DNA of 63,743 nucleotides from Ruditapes philippinarum (Eukaryota). This document shows positions 12,287 to 23,247 of the stretch, piece by piece. Position numbers and translations under genes: made by a program. Within the stretch, counting starts at the first letter, position 1. Each line of letters opens with the position of its first letter. The notes beneath the pieces are model-generated. The model was not told the DNA's origin, ran no database searches, and saw nothing but the letters and a program-made list of their open reading frames with translations. The DNA lies in the NCBI RefSeq assembly GCF_026571515.1, contig NW_026864188.1, positions 1-63,743 of the forward strand, written 5' to 3'.

Positions 12287-15200
12287 ATGGCTGATTCATC
12301 ACCTATATTTATCTTAGGTGAAGTTTTAGAGAAACTTAGTTTCAAACAATTTTATCCCGAAAAACTAACACGGGAGGACCTGTATCAAATTACACCAGAG
12401 AGTCTAAACACAGGGCAAAAGAAGAGTTCATTGGCATGGCAGTTCGTGTATGATATAACAAGATATAATTATCACGCTAGAAATATAAAAATTTCCGGCA
12501 CAGAACATGTTGAACCATTTAAGATGGGTTTCAGGGAAAGAACACGACTAAAACGCGAAGCAACAAATGCCAATATTCATCCATTGGACGTTTTAGTGGC
12601 TGTCTTTTTATGCTGTGACCCCACAGCAAAACAAGATCTTATAATGCATCTATGGGGATGTAAGCTGGCAATGCCTTTCTCGCTACAACTTTCTGCAACC
12701 GTAAAACCAACTGTATTTCTATGGCCTTTCCGCTCACTTATAGGACAATTTCAGAAGTATGATTCTTATACAGAAAGGCAAATGATTCACGAGCCCATGA
12801 AATGCATAGCATTTATAAGGGCAGGAGAAAATGAACAGTTTTCAAAGTCAAGTTTATTAAATTGTTTAATTGGTGGATCGGAAAAACCACATCCAATGTT
12901 TTTTCACAGAAATTCTGAGGGATCAAAAAGGTCTAGATCTAGCGCTACAAATGGCCTTGTTGAACTCGGGTGGTTTTTGCCTTCCGAAAATAAGGATCGA
13001 CGGTTTAACGAACCAAAATTATTCGTCAATTTACGTGGAAATGCCATAGCTTTAAACAAACAGATCGATTTGATTGGAACAATGGCAACTGTAACAGTTT
13101 TTTTGTGCACCGTTCAAGATTTAAACGACATAAAAATGACAGTAAAGCGGTTACTTAGTTTGGGGTCACGCGTGATTTTACTGATATCAGACCAGAATCC
13201 AGATAACGATGTAATAGATAATTATATAAGAACTTCATTTGAAAATGAACCAGAGTCCCATTTTGATATAGTGACTGCTGAGCGGGCCATGCTTTCTGAT
13301 ATGCTGGACATGTTATTACATAATATAAATAGAATTGAACATGGAGGCAAAGAGGTTGTTTTATCTGATATTGTAAAAAATCTTTCAAATATGAAATTTT
13401 GCGTGGATGAATCAAACATTGACTTTGCAACAGCTTTCGAATATTCCAAAGACATGATTGATGCTATAAAATGTGTAGATGAAAAAGAGAGAAAGCTTAC
13501 AATACTGCCGCTTCAAGAAAAGTTTTGGAAAACCTGGGCGCAAATGGATAGAGATTTTTGGAGATTTGATCAATTAGATGAAAGTGAAAAGAAAAGATAT
13601 GAAAGTAAAGAAAAATTGGAAAAGGACATGTCAAAAGTTAGAAATCGACAATTTCAACATTTTGCAAATAAGGGCATTTCCAAGCCGATGGTGATATTCA
13701 TTAAGGCCTTATCAAATTTCAAAGATTTTACACGGAAAATATTTCTGAGAATGCTAAAGCTTGAATTAGATAGCCTTTCGCGAATCCACCTTAAACCATT
13801 CTATGATAAATATCAGGAACTTGTAAATCAAACAATTCAGGCAACAGAAGAAGAGAGAATTAAAATCAATAATAAACTGTCTGATCTTGACGATATGAAA
13901 TCGAAATTGTCATTTGGGATGGAGCATGTTGTCAGGGAACTTGGTCAGTTGTATGAGGCATGTGAGAGTCAGCCTGATCAAGAAATTATAATTCAAATAG
14001 AGAAACAAAAGATATCGTATAAGAAACTACCCCTATATGCTTGTTTGTCTCTTTTAGAAGGTTATCCTATTGAAATTCTTGATGGCGAAGCTTGTTCAGT
14101 ACCAATACTTTGGATAAGCTCAATTTTTAAGGAGCTTCCAGACGTTCTGAGAAATAATAAAATCTTAAAACCTGCAGATGACATACGTGTGCATACCATA
14201 TCAGTCCTTGGTATTCAAAGCTCAGGAAAGTCTACATTTTTGAATGTTTTGTTTGGCCTCCACTTCGCAGTTAGTGCAGGACGTTGCACGAGGGGTGCAT
14301 TTATGCAATTAGTTAAAGTTCAGCCATCGGAAGAAAATGAAATTCAGGCAGATTTTATTCTTGCTATTGACACAGAAGGCCTGAAAGCTGCAGAACTTAT
14401 TTCTACAGAATCCGTTAAACATGACAACGAATTGTCAACATTTGTCATAGGCTTAGCTGACACAACTGTAATAAATCTCATGGGAGAGAACGCAACATAT
14501 TTACATGAAAATTTACCAATCGCAGTTCATGCTTTCCTGAGAATGAACCTTGTCGGATTACACCCACGTTGTACAATTGTGCACCATAACGTTGACAAAC
14601 GAAACAGAGAGAAACTTATTCAACAGAGTCGCATTCTTGAAAATGTCCTAAATAACCTGACAAAAAAGGCCTGTGAATTAGAAAAAATTCCTCCAAGGTT
14701 ATTTCATGAAATTATAGAATTTTCTATTTTTCACCATACTGATTACATCCCAAGCTTGTATGAAGGGGAACAACCAATGGCACCAGTAAGTATCGGGTAT
14801 AGTAAGGAAGTTGACAGTGTAAGAACAAAACTTATGGATTATGTTTGTTGTGATTCAAAAATCGATAATATGGCAAATTTTGTCCGCCATTTAAAAACTT
14901 TGTGGAATGCTATCAAAAAAGATCGTTTTGTTTTTGAGTTTCGCACAACTCTTGAGGCAGAAGCACGCCTTGATCTGGATAAAGGTTACTTCAGAATTCT
15001 TATGGAGTATTTTAAGCAGGTAGACGAAATATCTACTAGACTGATAGCAAGGCTAAAAAGCAAGCAATACACACAAAAGAATGTCGCAGACAGATTTTCT
15101 AAAGATGAAGCTGTAGTAAAAAACAAGGCTATGGCAGAACTCAAAAAATTTCTTGAAAAACCAAAAAAAATTACGTCTCCTTATTTTGATCATTGGAAAC

Positions 15201-16945
15201 AAAAATGTCTCGAAAATCTTCAAAGTGAAACGGAAAAAGTTCGAGTCTCAACAAAAGAAATATTTCAGTATGTAAGCACTCAATCATTTCCTTCAATTCC
15301 AGCAAAGAGCATTGAAGATTTCATTGATATGATGTCCAATTATCAAAGACTTTTCAAAGACTTCGAGATTTGCTTTTCAAAAGTTTGGCGTGAATGGGTC
15401 AAAACATTAAACTTTCCTTCTCCGGAAAAATCAATATTACCTGATATAACAGAGGCATTGCAAGCGGTTTGTCCAGCTTATAAACATTTGCTTTCCGAAA
15501 AGAAAGTTAAAGCTTCTTCTTTATCAAACATCCGACCGGATGAACAAGCACATTTAAATCACGCTTTTCATAAATTTTCATCATCCCGTGTAGCCGAACT
15601 TCTATCAAAAATGATGGCTATTCAATCGCAAATCAGTAATGAGTATTCCCAGGAAATATCGGCGTTTTTCATAAAGCTCATGCCTTACTCAAATATTGTA
15701 CCAAAACAAATTTTATTGAAAATTGGAAAACGTCTACATGAAGAACTTGATAGTTATGATACAAAAAAGGAAATTAGCCAAATGTTCTCCATCGATTTAC
15801 TCCTTTGTACATCAGGAACTATGGTCAATGATTTACAGTGCCACATGGAAAAGCATAGTGTCTTACGATCAGTTGAGAAAGAACTAAGGGTGTTGGCAAA
15901 AAAGCAAGAGGAAAAGAAGGTCACGGACATTTTGTTTGAAATGATATTTAGTACCATAGAAAGAATGGTTAAAGTAAACTTTTACCGAATATCACAGAGA
16001 TGTCTGCTCAATGCTTTAGAAACGTCTAATTTAAAAGTGGCCTTTCACTCAAAACAAGGCCTTTTAGGATATTGCTTGTACCATGCTATCAACACTGATA
16101 ATGACGAGTTATTAAGTCTTTATTTTCATTCCCCAGAAAACGCGACTACGAAATGTTTGTCTTCAATCCTGATAACATTAGCCAATGATACAGGATTTAA
16201 GGAAATCATAAAAAAGTACTTGAGAGAAAAAACATTGAATATGTTTGAATATATTTTATGCTCATTAAAAGAAGACAACGTTTCTTTTCATGACGTTTTT
16301 CAACGTTTTAGCAAGCATGTTTATATAGATTTAAGTATTATTGATCTTTTTAAACAAAAAGCTAAAGGATATTTGGAAATTACAGTTAACATTGGAAGAC
16401 TGAAGGACGAAATGAAAGGGAAATGTGAACAGTTTCTGGATGCAACAACAGCAGACCTCGCTTCAGAAATATCTACTAATTCAATGAATGTGATTTCAAT
16501 GATTGCAAATAAATTTAGTGGCAAAGTCATTGGATGTCAAGCATTGTGTCCGTTTTGTAAAGAAATCTGTAAATTTTCTTCTTGTCATCCTGGCCATCAT
16601 GAGTGTTTTATTCACCGACCAGTTGGTTGCCGAGGAATGCATTGGAAGGGGACACGTGAGCTCTCCTATGAAACCTGCACGTTACATTGTAGAAAAGGAA
16701 ATTTATTCAACTACAAAGATAGATATGTAAGCTTTAGAGATTTAAATAGTGTTTATCCAAATTGGAAAGTTCGCATGACCTTAAATGAAGAACCATCATG
16801 TGTTTGGAAATGGATTTTTGTAAATAAGCATCATATTTTGCGATCAAGTGGGTTGTATGAGCTGCCAAAGAATATGCCATTTGAATGGCATTTTATACAC
16901 AAGAAGACTGTACTTCGAAATATACGACTGCAGTTTGAAATTTAA
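12287..16945 (+). CDS. Very large inducible GTPase (GVIN1/URGCP-like VLIG-type G domain), paralog 1, 1552 aa
   Basis: Intact single ORF. G1 GIQSSGKST, G2 GRCTRG, G3 DTEG, HDNELSTFVIGLAD, HHNV. URG4-like N-terminus (HPLDVLVAVFLCCD, SKSSLLN, NLRGNA). C-terminal CPFC...H...HRP cluster. AATAAA near 16995. Confidence 0.92.
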   Translation: MADSSPIFILGEVLEKLSFKQFYPEKLTREDLYQITPESLNTGQKKSSLAWQFVYDITRYNYHARNIKISGTEHVEPFKMGFRERTRLKREATNANIHPLDVLVAVFLCCDPTAKQDLIMHLWGCKLAMPFSLQLSATVKPTVFLWPFRSLIGQFQKYDSYTERQMIHEPMKCIAFIRAGENEQFSKSSLLNCLIGGSEKPHPMFFHRNSEGSKRSRSSATNGLVELGWFLPSENKDRRFNEPKLFVNLRGNAIALNKQIDLIGTMATVTVFLCTVQDLNDIKMTVKRLLSLGSRVILLISDQNPDNDVIDNYIRTSFENEPESHFDIVTAERAMLSDMLDMLLHNINRIEHGGKEVVLSDIVKNLSNMKFCVDESNIDFATAFEYSKDMIDAIKCVDEKERKLTILPLQEKFWKTWAQMDRDFWRFDQLDESEKKRYESKEKLEKDMSKVRNRQFQHFANKGISKPMVIFIKALSNFKDFTRKIFLRMLKLELDSLSRIHLKPFYDKYQELVNQTIQATEEERIKINNKLSDLDDMKSKLSFGMEHVVRELGQLYEACESQPDQEIIIQIEKQKISYKKLPLYACLSLLEGYPIEILDGEACSVPILWISSIFKELPDVLRNNKILKPADDIRVHTISVLGIQSSGKSTFLNVLFGLHFAVSAGRCTRGAFMQLVKVQPSEENEIQADFILAIDTEGLKAAELISTESVKHDNELSTFVIGLADTTVINLMGENATYLHENLPIAVHAFLRMNLVGLHPRCTIVHHNVDKRNREKLIQQSRILENVLNNLTKKACELEKIPPRLFHEIIEFSIFHHTDYIPSLYEGEQPMAPVSIGYSKEVDSVRTKLMDYVCCDSKIDNMANFVRHLKTLWNAIKKDRFVFEFRTTLEAEARLDLDKGYFRILMEYFKQVDEISTRLIARLKSKQYTQKNVADRFSKDEAVVKNKAMAELKKFLEKPKKITSPYFDHWKQKCLENLQSETEKVRVSTKEIFQYVSTQSFPSIPAKSIEDFIDMMSNYQRLFKDFEICFSKVWREWVKTLNFPSPEKSILPDITEALQAVCPAYKHLLSEKKVKASSLSNIRPDEQAHLNHAFHKFSSSRVAELLSKMMAIQSQISNEYSQEISAFFIKLMPYSNIVPKQILLKIGKRLHEELDSYDTKKEISQMFSIDLLLCTSGTMVNDLQCHMEKHSVLRSVEKELRVLAKKQEEKKVTDILFEMIFSTIERMVKVNFYRISQRCLLNALETSNLKVAFHSKQGLLGYCLYHAINTDNDELLSLYFHSPENATTKCLSSILITLANDTGFKEIIKKYLREKTLNMFEYILCSLKEDNVSFHDVFQRFSKHVYIDLSIIDLFKQKAKGYLEITVNIGRLKDEMKGKCEQFLDATTADLASEISTNSMNVISMIANKFSGKVIGCQALCPFCKEICKFSSCHPGHHECFIHRPVGCRGMHWKGTRELSYETCTLHCRKGNLFNYKDRYVSFRDLNSVYPNWKVRMTLNEEPSCVWKWIFVNKHHILRSSGLYELPKNMPFEWHFIHKKTVLRNIRLQFEI

Positions 16946-17629
16946 AGTAAGTGTTTTTAATGAAATGTAACGCGGGTTTTTTTCTACTTTACGAATAAAA
17001 GGAATATGAATTCCAAAGTATGCTGAAAGGCAAATAAAACCAATATTTAGCATAATGTTTGAATTTTTCATTATTGAAACTAAATAAGTTTGGTACCAAT
17101 TTTAGGATTCTCAAAGTTTTACCATTTCATGTTAAATATTAAATTCTCCATAAGCAGTGCACGAGGGCGTGAACGGCACTTTCAAGTACCGTCAATGAAA
17201 AGGCTCAATCAAATCGAGCCTGCAACATTTTCAATTTTGCCGTTCTTGCTTTCTATAGTGATTCAATTTCCCTCTATCTCTTCTTTATCAACTACAGCAT
17301 GGTATATTTTGTTTTCAAATTATGGATTGTATAAATAATGATTTTCAGTATTCGTTGTAAGGGGCAAAATGAAAATTGCACATTTGTGAATTAGTTAGTT
17401 CTTTTATTATAAATTAGACTGCTGCGGTTAATGACTTGTGATGATTTTGCTGTGAGCTTTTTTTCAATATTGGGTTTGGTTTGGACACTCGTTTCATTGA
17501 CAAAGCATTTTATGGCACGTTGGAGAATTGTTATTCGTTAAGTTTTGCACATAAATTACCTTGCCCCTGCAAACTGTTTACATCATGCTTAAATCTACAA
17601 CCGAGAAGACCCTAAATAAGCTCAAAATA

Positions 17630-17887
17630 TTTTACATCACATAGACACAGTATATGTCATATCGCGACGTTCCAGCTTTACTGGTGGACGAAGACCTCAG
17701 GTGCCCTTCCGTGCATTATTTCAGGCACGAACGGGCACCTGAGTAGAACCACCGACGTTCCGTAAGCTAGCTGGATAGCTTCCTCACATGAAAGAATCCA
17801 AAGTCCCTGTCGGGATTCGAACCCACAGCGGCGAGGGGCAAGTGGTTTGAAGTCAACGACCTTAACCACTCGGCCACGGACGCCCCC
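17630..17887 (-). mobile_element. tRNA-derived SINE, near full length
   Basis: A box TGGCCGAGTGG and B box GGTTCGAATCC, followed by a non-tRNA body. TSD CTCAAAATA at 17621-17629 and 17887-17895. Confidence 0.85.
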
Positions 17888-18575
17888 TCAAAATAAATGA
17901 TATCTGGGGAAACAGAGATGCAAGACTAGACGTCTCCACATATTACAAGTATGTAATGCTTATTTACATCATTTTACGAGTTCTTAAATGTTATTAACAG
18001 TATAACACCAACATGACTATTTGTTTAATTTTCTTTTTAACCCGTAACGTGCTAAACTGAAAATCATGTTTCTTCAAACTCACACCTATTGAAAACAAGT
18101 GTTTTAAACTCTGAAAGAACTTGAATATCCTAACAAATGGTACCAAACACAAAGATCATTTTATTTCAATAATGAATGTCGCAAAAGTATTGTTTGCCTT
18201 TTAATGAGAGAGAGGATGGATTAAGCCAGTATCTTTTTTATCCAAATTTCTGTGATATGCGTGTGTGTTTTCTTCATAGGTATGTACAAATATGGCCCTT
18301 TCATCTATCTTTAAACAAATTTATAATACATTGTTCTATATTTCAAAGTTATAGAGTATCCTTTTTATCTCTAAATGTAATTTATTCTTTCGGCTTTAAA
18401 TCTTTACTATTTATCAGGCTGTGTAGGGTTTTTAAACACACCAAAAAATAACTTCCAAAAAGCTATGAGCATTGATTTACACATGAAAAACTAAAGAGTG
18501 TATGGGAGGATAAATTTAATATGTCATGTCTTGTATTGATTATCAGTTTCAGATCAAAAAACAACAACTACTAAA

Positions 18576-21500
18576 ATGGACATTGACGATCTTATGCAGT
18601 TCTGTAGGTATAGTGGTTTGTTTCCGGGACGTTTGGAGCGACAAGATGTCTTTTCTGTTCGGTTTGAAAGTAATGAACACAACAACGCTATAGCAACATA
18701 CGAACATGACTTATCATTTTTACAGAAAATCGTTTTTTATAATGGCAATTGTAGAAAAGTTAAATCAAGAAAAAGATCAATGCATCCCCATCCACTAGAC
18801 ATATCGACATTTGTTTTCTTATGCTGTAATTTCATTTCAAGACAAGACCTGGTCTTGCATTTCTGGGGCTGCAACCATGCGTTCCCACTCGTAGTAAAAA
18901 GTGGGCAACTTGAAAGGGCAACAATATACATTTGGCCTTTGAAAAGTTTGATTGCAAAATACAAAGACCCTGATGGTAGTGATATACAACGTCCTGTACT
19001 AGATTTTAAAATGAAAGTAATCAGTGCCATTGGATTTGGTCAGCAAACTGTTTCGAAGTCAAACATTCTTAATATGATAATAACTGAATCCGGAAAAGAG
19101 CACTCTTTCTTTTTCCATAGAGATTTGGAAGGAAGTACCAAGAACGTGTCTGAAATTTGCAACGGAATAATCGAGGCCTTTCCTGTGTTTAATGCTAGTG
19201 ATCAACCATCTTTATATCTTAATCTCCGCGGAAATTGCAAAAAACATGCAGATCAACTCGGCTTTCTTTTAACTGCCAGTGATATTGTAGTTCTTCTTTG
19301 TGATAAACAAGAAATCGGTGAAGTGAAATCTTTAATGCAGAAAGACATGTCAACACATAAAAAGCAGTTTATTATCTTTTGCACAGATCTTTCTGATAAC
19401 GAAGAGGATATTAACTTGGCAGAAGAGCTTGAAGAATTTTGCACACACAAATTAATCGATAACCTTATAGTTGCTTTGAAATGCGCAATGCGATTTGACT
19501 GGATGAAGGAAGTTCTGTGTGCAGTTTCAAAAGCTAGATTTGAAAATTCAATAGATGATTTGATGAAAATTGCTGAAGAAAACAATTTTGATATCGATTT
19601 AGACAGAATTAAAAAACAAATAACGAAAGCTGAAGAATTCACCAACCCAATTTTCAAGCTATATGAGGAGAACAAAATGCAATCTATTTTTCCAATCCAA
19701 TGGTCAGAATCTCTTGCATTTTCAAAAGCAGATAAGGAAATTTATAAACTACAACATTGGAAAAGCGGAGAAAATGTTCGTCTTTATCGGGACAAATTAG
19801 AGCAACAGAAAAATGCGTCACGTTTGAAGCAAATAAACCTCATTAGAAATGGTGAAAGTTCCCTGATATATCGATTTTTAGAAACATTTGACACGATCTC
19901 AGAAACAGAAGACTCGCCTCCTTTTTCGTATTTAACTTTAGAAGAACAAAACGAAATTTATATCAGACTTCTTAAAATAAATTTTGACAAAGCAACACGT
20001 TCAAATCTGAATAGAGTCTACAGTGTTTATTCAGATCTTTTGTGTCAATTGCGTCTTGACAGATTACACTCTGTTGAAATTCAAGAAAGACTTGATAACC
20101 TAGATGTGAAGATATGTAACAATTCTTTATCAATATCACATTTTGTAAGAGAAATGGGACAAATATACGAGACTGTTTCCTCTCAGTGCCAAAAGGAAGA
20201 CCGTAACATTTTTGGACTTGACAGGATGCTTTCTGCTGCGGTGAAACTTCTCTTATATGGCTACAATATAGAATTAATGGATGGGATATCAAATTATGTT
20301 TCTTTGAATTGGGTGAAAGGCATAATATCTGAACTAAGGCGAAATCTTGAAAATATAAGAATTAAAGTAGTATCTGTTTTAGGTATTCAAAGCACTGGAA
20401 AGTCGACATTATTAAATGTAATGTTTGGATCGCAATTTGCTGAAGGGTCTGGCAGATGTACACGTGGGTTACATCTTCATTTGGTAAAAGTGTCACCAGA
20501 TTTTATCAGAAACTATAATGCAGAATATGTATTTGTTGTTGATACAGAAGGATTGTTTACATTGCCATTAGAATCCGAGGCACTTGATATTGACCGGAAG
20601 GACAGGGAATTGGCAACTTTTGTGATTGGGATTTCAAATATAACAATTGTCAATATAATGGGTGAAAATCTGTCATACCTAAAAGATATTTTGCCTATTT
20701 CTGTACACGCATTTCTTAGAATGGATTTGGTTGGTTTAAATCCATGTTGCGTCCTTCTTCACCAAAATGTAGCAAAAGGAAACAAATACCATCTACTTCA
20801 GCAGACACATCATCTTGAGCGTTTGTTGGATGATTATACATATGCTGCTTGTAAATTAGAAAATATTAGACCAAAGCGCTTTAAAGATATTATTAAGTTT
20901 GACATTGTTAAAGACGTTTATCATTTTCCTCCCCTTTATCAGTCCTCTCAACCCCAAGGTCTGATTAATCCACAATACAGCGAAGACGTAGAGAGTCTTA
21001 AAAAAGACATAATGATTAAAACCGATGGAACGTTTTTATTAGTGGAATTTGCGGAGCACATCGAAAATATATGGGAGGCGGTGAAACGGGACAATTTCGT
21101 TTACGAATTTAAAAATATTATTGAAATTAAAGCAAGGACTGTGATTGATAGAGAAATATGCAACTTACAATGGAAATTAAGATCGACGTTGCAAGAGAAT
21201 TTAAAGGAATTCAATCAAAATATAAATGATTGCACGAATAAAAATGCTTTGCTGGAATTACAGAATAAATACGATGATAGGACAAATGAACTTTTAGCTT
21301 GTTTATATACAGTAAATGGCGACAACATAGTCAGGAGAATTCCTAACACCATTTTAGGAAAATCAATACTAAAGTTCCAAAGCCTTGTTAGGCAGTCAAT
21401 CAAAGTGAGTTTCGAAGAGAGCAGGCGTGAATTCACGAATCTGTTTAAAGTACAAGTGAAAAGAAGACAGAAAGAATTGGAAATTGTTGAATTAGATAAA

Positions 21501-23168
21501 CATATGTTGCTCGAAATTGACCATTTTCTAGAGAAAAATCTTAAAAATCGAACACATGCTTCAATTAACGTTAACGATTTATTTGACAATTTGTTCCACA
21601 GATGGATTAAGAGCAAACAGTTTGGAGTTGCTTCGTCAAACGGTATGGTATTTGAAGAAGAAGCCGTAAGTTGCATGTACTCATCGTTTCCAATACGTCA
21701 TGCCAAAATAGATGAACAATTGGAGGTAATGTGTATTTCAGATAGAAACCTGGCAGACTTGTCATGCGAAGTACCACCAACATATTGGTCAGTTCATGAG
21801 CATTATTCAGAGAACCAAATTGCAAGTGAAATTGTGGAGGACATGAGGATTTTTTTGCAACATAAGCTAGCGCAAATAGCCGATGGCAGTCTTGATTATA
21901 GGGTTGGAATTTTTAAAGATATTATTTTACATTTGCGAAATCATCGCAACTTAACCGAGGGTTTGATTCATACGAAGCCAGTTTTTGAAATTGACGTAGC
22001 ACTGGCTTCATGTGGTGAATTTATTCAACGCTTTAAAAAACTTGAAAGGAAGAATAAAATCATATACACGCCTTTAAAAATTCACTTAGAAAATTATTTC
22101 CGTTCGAAGATTTCGGAAATTGTTTTATATAAAACTAGTTCAGCAGAAGCAGTTGAAAATTTCAGTGAATTGATATTGACAGAGTTAGTCCACTATTTAA
22201 TGTCTTCCATACCTAATGAAATTGCAATTTACCTTAAAGATCAACATAACTGTCTTTCTTCAAAGCAGGGACTTATAAAACACATATATTACACTTTAAT
22301 CGGAAATCTTGAGTCCCATTTTTTAGATAGTTGTTTACATTCGTTTGAACATAGTGCTAGAAGCTGTATATCGAAACTGTTTGATTCTCTATCGAATGAA
22401 ACCGAATCTTTCAATGGATCACTAAAACAGATAGTAGAGGATTACTTTGATAAGAATATTACCTCAGTTTGTAACAGCCTGGAGGAAGGAAAAGTTAATC
22501 AAAAGGTAACTACACTTCCTGCAATGAAACAATGTATAAATTTGATATCGTCAGCGCTTGCAAAATTTCTCCCGATGAATAGTTTTAAGGAATTTGAGAA
22601 TGATCTTCTCGGGGAAATTGAACCAACTACTTTGATAACAATATTGGTTGATAATTTAAAGAAGGATTCTGTACGTAAAAAGTATCTAAAAATTATATTA
22701 AGACGCGTAATAGACACCGAAGAATATTACAATATAAAATGTGAAACTGTAAGCATAATTATCTCTCCATTAATCGGTTGCACTAAACAGTGCCCTTTAT
22801 GTGATGAAGTATGTTGTATCGGACAAATGAATCATAGTGGAAAACACAGCGCTTTTATGCATAAACCAACGGGGATGAATGGCAGGTGCGAGACATCATC
22901 TAGGAAGTTGTCATCGCTTACATGTTGGGAAGAACTGAAGTCACATGAGCATGATGGAAAGCATGATCCTACAATAGAAAACATCCGCGAAAGTTGGGTT
23001 GTTCCTTCTGATATGTGTGTTGATGACAATAGCTTTTGGAAATACATATATGTGTCACGCATAAAGGAAATTGCACACCGAACGGGTAAAGATGAGCCCG
23101 ATGATATACCAAAATCGTGGTATAATTTGAATAGAAATGCAGAAGCTGATAAGTTAACGAAAACATGA
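18576..23168 (+). CDS. Very large inducible GTPase (GVIN1/URGCP-like), paralog 2, 1530 aa
   Basis: Intact single ORF. GIQSTGKST, GRCTRG, DTEG, DRELATFVIGISN, HQNV. N-terminal HPLDI..FVFLCC, SKSNILN, NLRGNC. C-terminal CPLCDEVC...H...HKP. Splice acceptor TTTCAG at 18547-18552. Confidence 0.92.
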   Translation: MDIDDLMQFCRYSGLFPGRLERQDVFSVRFESNEHNNAIATYEHDLSFLQKIVFYNGNCRKVKSRKRSMHPHPLDISTFVFLCCNFISRQDLVLHFWGCNHAFPLVVKSGQLERATIYIWPLKSLIAKYKDPDGSDIQRPVLDFKMKVISAIGFGQQTVSKSNILNMIITESGKEHSFFFHRDLEGSTKNVSEICNGIIEAFPVFNASDQPSLYLNLRGNCKKHADQLGFLLTASDIVVLLCDKQEIGEVKSLMQKDMSTHKKQFIIFCTDLSDNEEDINLAEELEEFCTHKLIDNLIVALKCAMRFDWMKEVLCAVSKARFENSIDDLMKIAEENNFDIDLDRIKKQITKAEEFTNPIFKLYEENKMQSIFPIQWSESLAFSKADKEIYKLQHWKSGENVRLYRDKLEQQKNASRLKQINLIRNGESSLIYRFLETFDTISETEDSPPFSYLTLEEQNEIYIRLLKINFDKATRSNLNRVYSVYSDLLCQLRLDRLHSVEIQERLDNLDVKICNNSLSISHFVREMGQIYETVSSQCQKEDRNIFGLDRMLSAAVKLLLYGYNIELMDGISNYVSLNWVKGIISELRRNLENIRIKVVSVLGIQSTGKSTLLNVMFGSQFAEGSGRCTRGLHLHLVKVSPDFIRNYNAEYVFVVDTEGLFTLPLESEALDIDRKDRELATFVIGISNITIVNIMGENLSYLKDILPISVHAFLRMDLVGLNPCCVLLHQNVAKGNKYHLLQQTHHLERLLDDYTYAACKLENIRPKRFKDIIKFDIVKDVYHFPPLYQSSQPQGLINPQYSEDVESLKKDIMIKTDGTFLLVEFAEHIENIWEAVKRDNFVYEFKNIIEIKARTVIDREICNLQWKLRSTLQENLKEFNQNINDCTNKNALLELQNKYDDRTNELLACLYTVNGDNIVRRIPNTILGKSILKFQSLVRQSIKVSFEESRREFTNLFKVQVKRRQKELEIVELDKHMLLEIDHFLEKNLKNRTHASINVNDLFDNLFHRWIKSKQFGVASSNGMVFEEEAVSCMYSSFPIRHAKIDEQLEVMCISDRNLADLSCEVPPTYWSVHEHYSENQIASEIVEDMRIFLQHKLAQIADGSLDYRVGIFKDIILHLRNHRNLTEGLIHTKPVFEIDVALASCGEFIQRFKKLERKNKIIYTPLKIHLENYFRSKISEIVLYKTSSAEAVENFSELILTELVHYLMSSIPNEIAIYLKDQHNCLSSKQGLIKHIYYTLIGNLESHFLDSCLHSFEHSARSCISKLFDSLSNETESFNGSLKQIVEDYFDKNITSVCNSLEEGKVNQKVTTLPAMKQCINLISSALAKFLPMNSFKEFENDLLGEIEPTTLITILVDNLKKDSVRKKYLKIILRRVIDTEEYYNIKCETVSIIISPLIGCTKQCPLCDEVCCIGQMNHSGKHSAFMHKPTGMNGRCETSSRKLSSLTCWEELKSHEHDGKHDPTIENIRESWVVPSDMCVDDNSFWKYIYVSRIKEIAHRTGKDEPDDIPKSWYNLNRNAEADKLTKT

Positions 23169-23247
23169 TGTACCATATCTGTGAAATCTTTTGTGGTCGA
23201 CACACGTAACTAAAATGTAAAATTGTAAAAATATATGTAAATTATCA

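Noticed and set aside
17800-17887. Possible tRNA gene
   Set aside because: A and B boxes are present, but the cloverleaf is degenerate. It continues into a SINE body with a TSD, and related copies occur at about 29 kb and 48 kb.
12904-23205. Short antisense or alternate-frame ORFs inside the VLIG genes
   Set aside because: Shadow ORFs of long coding sequences with no recognisable motifs.
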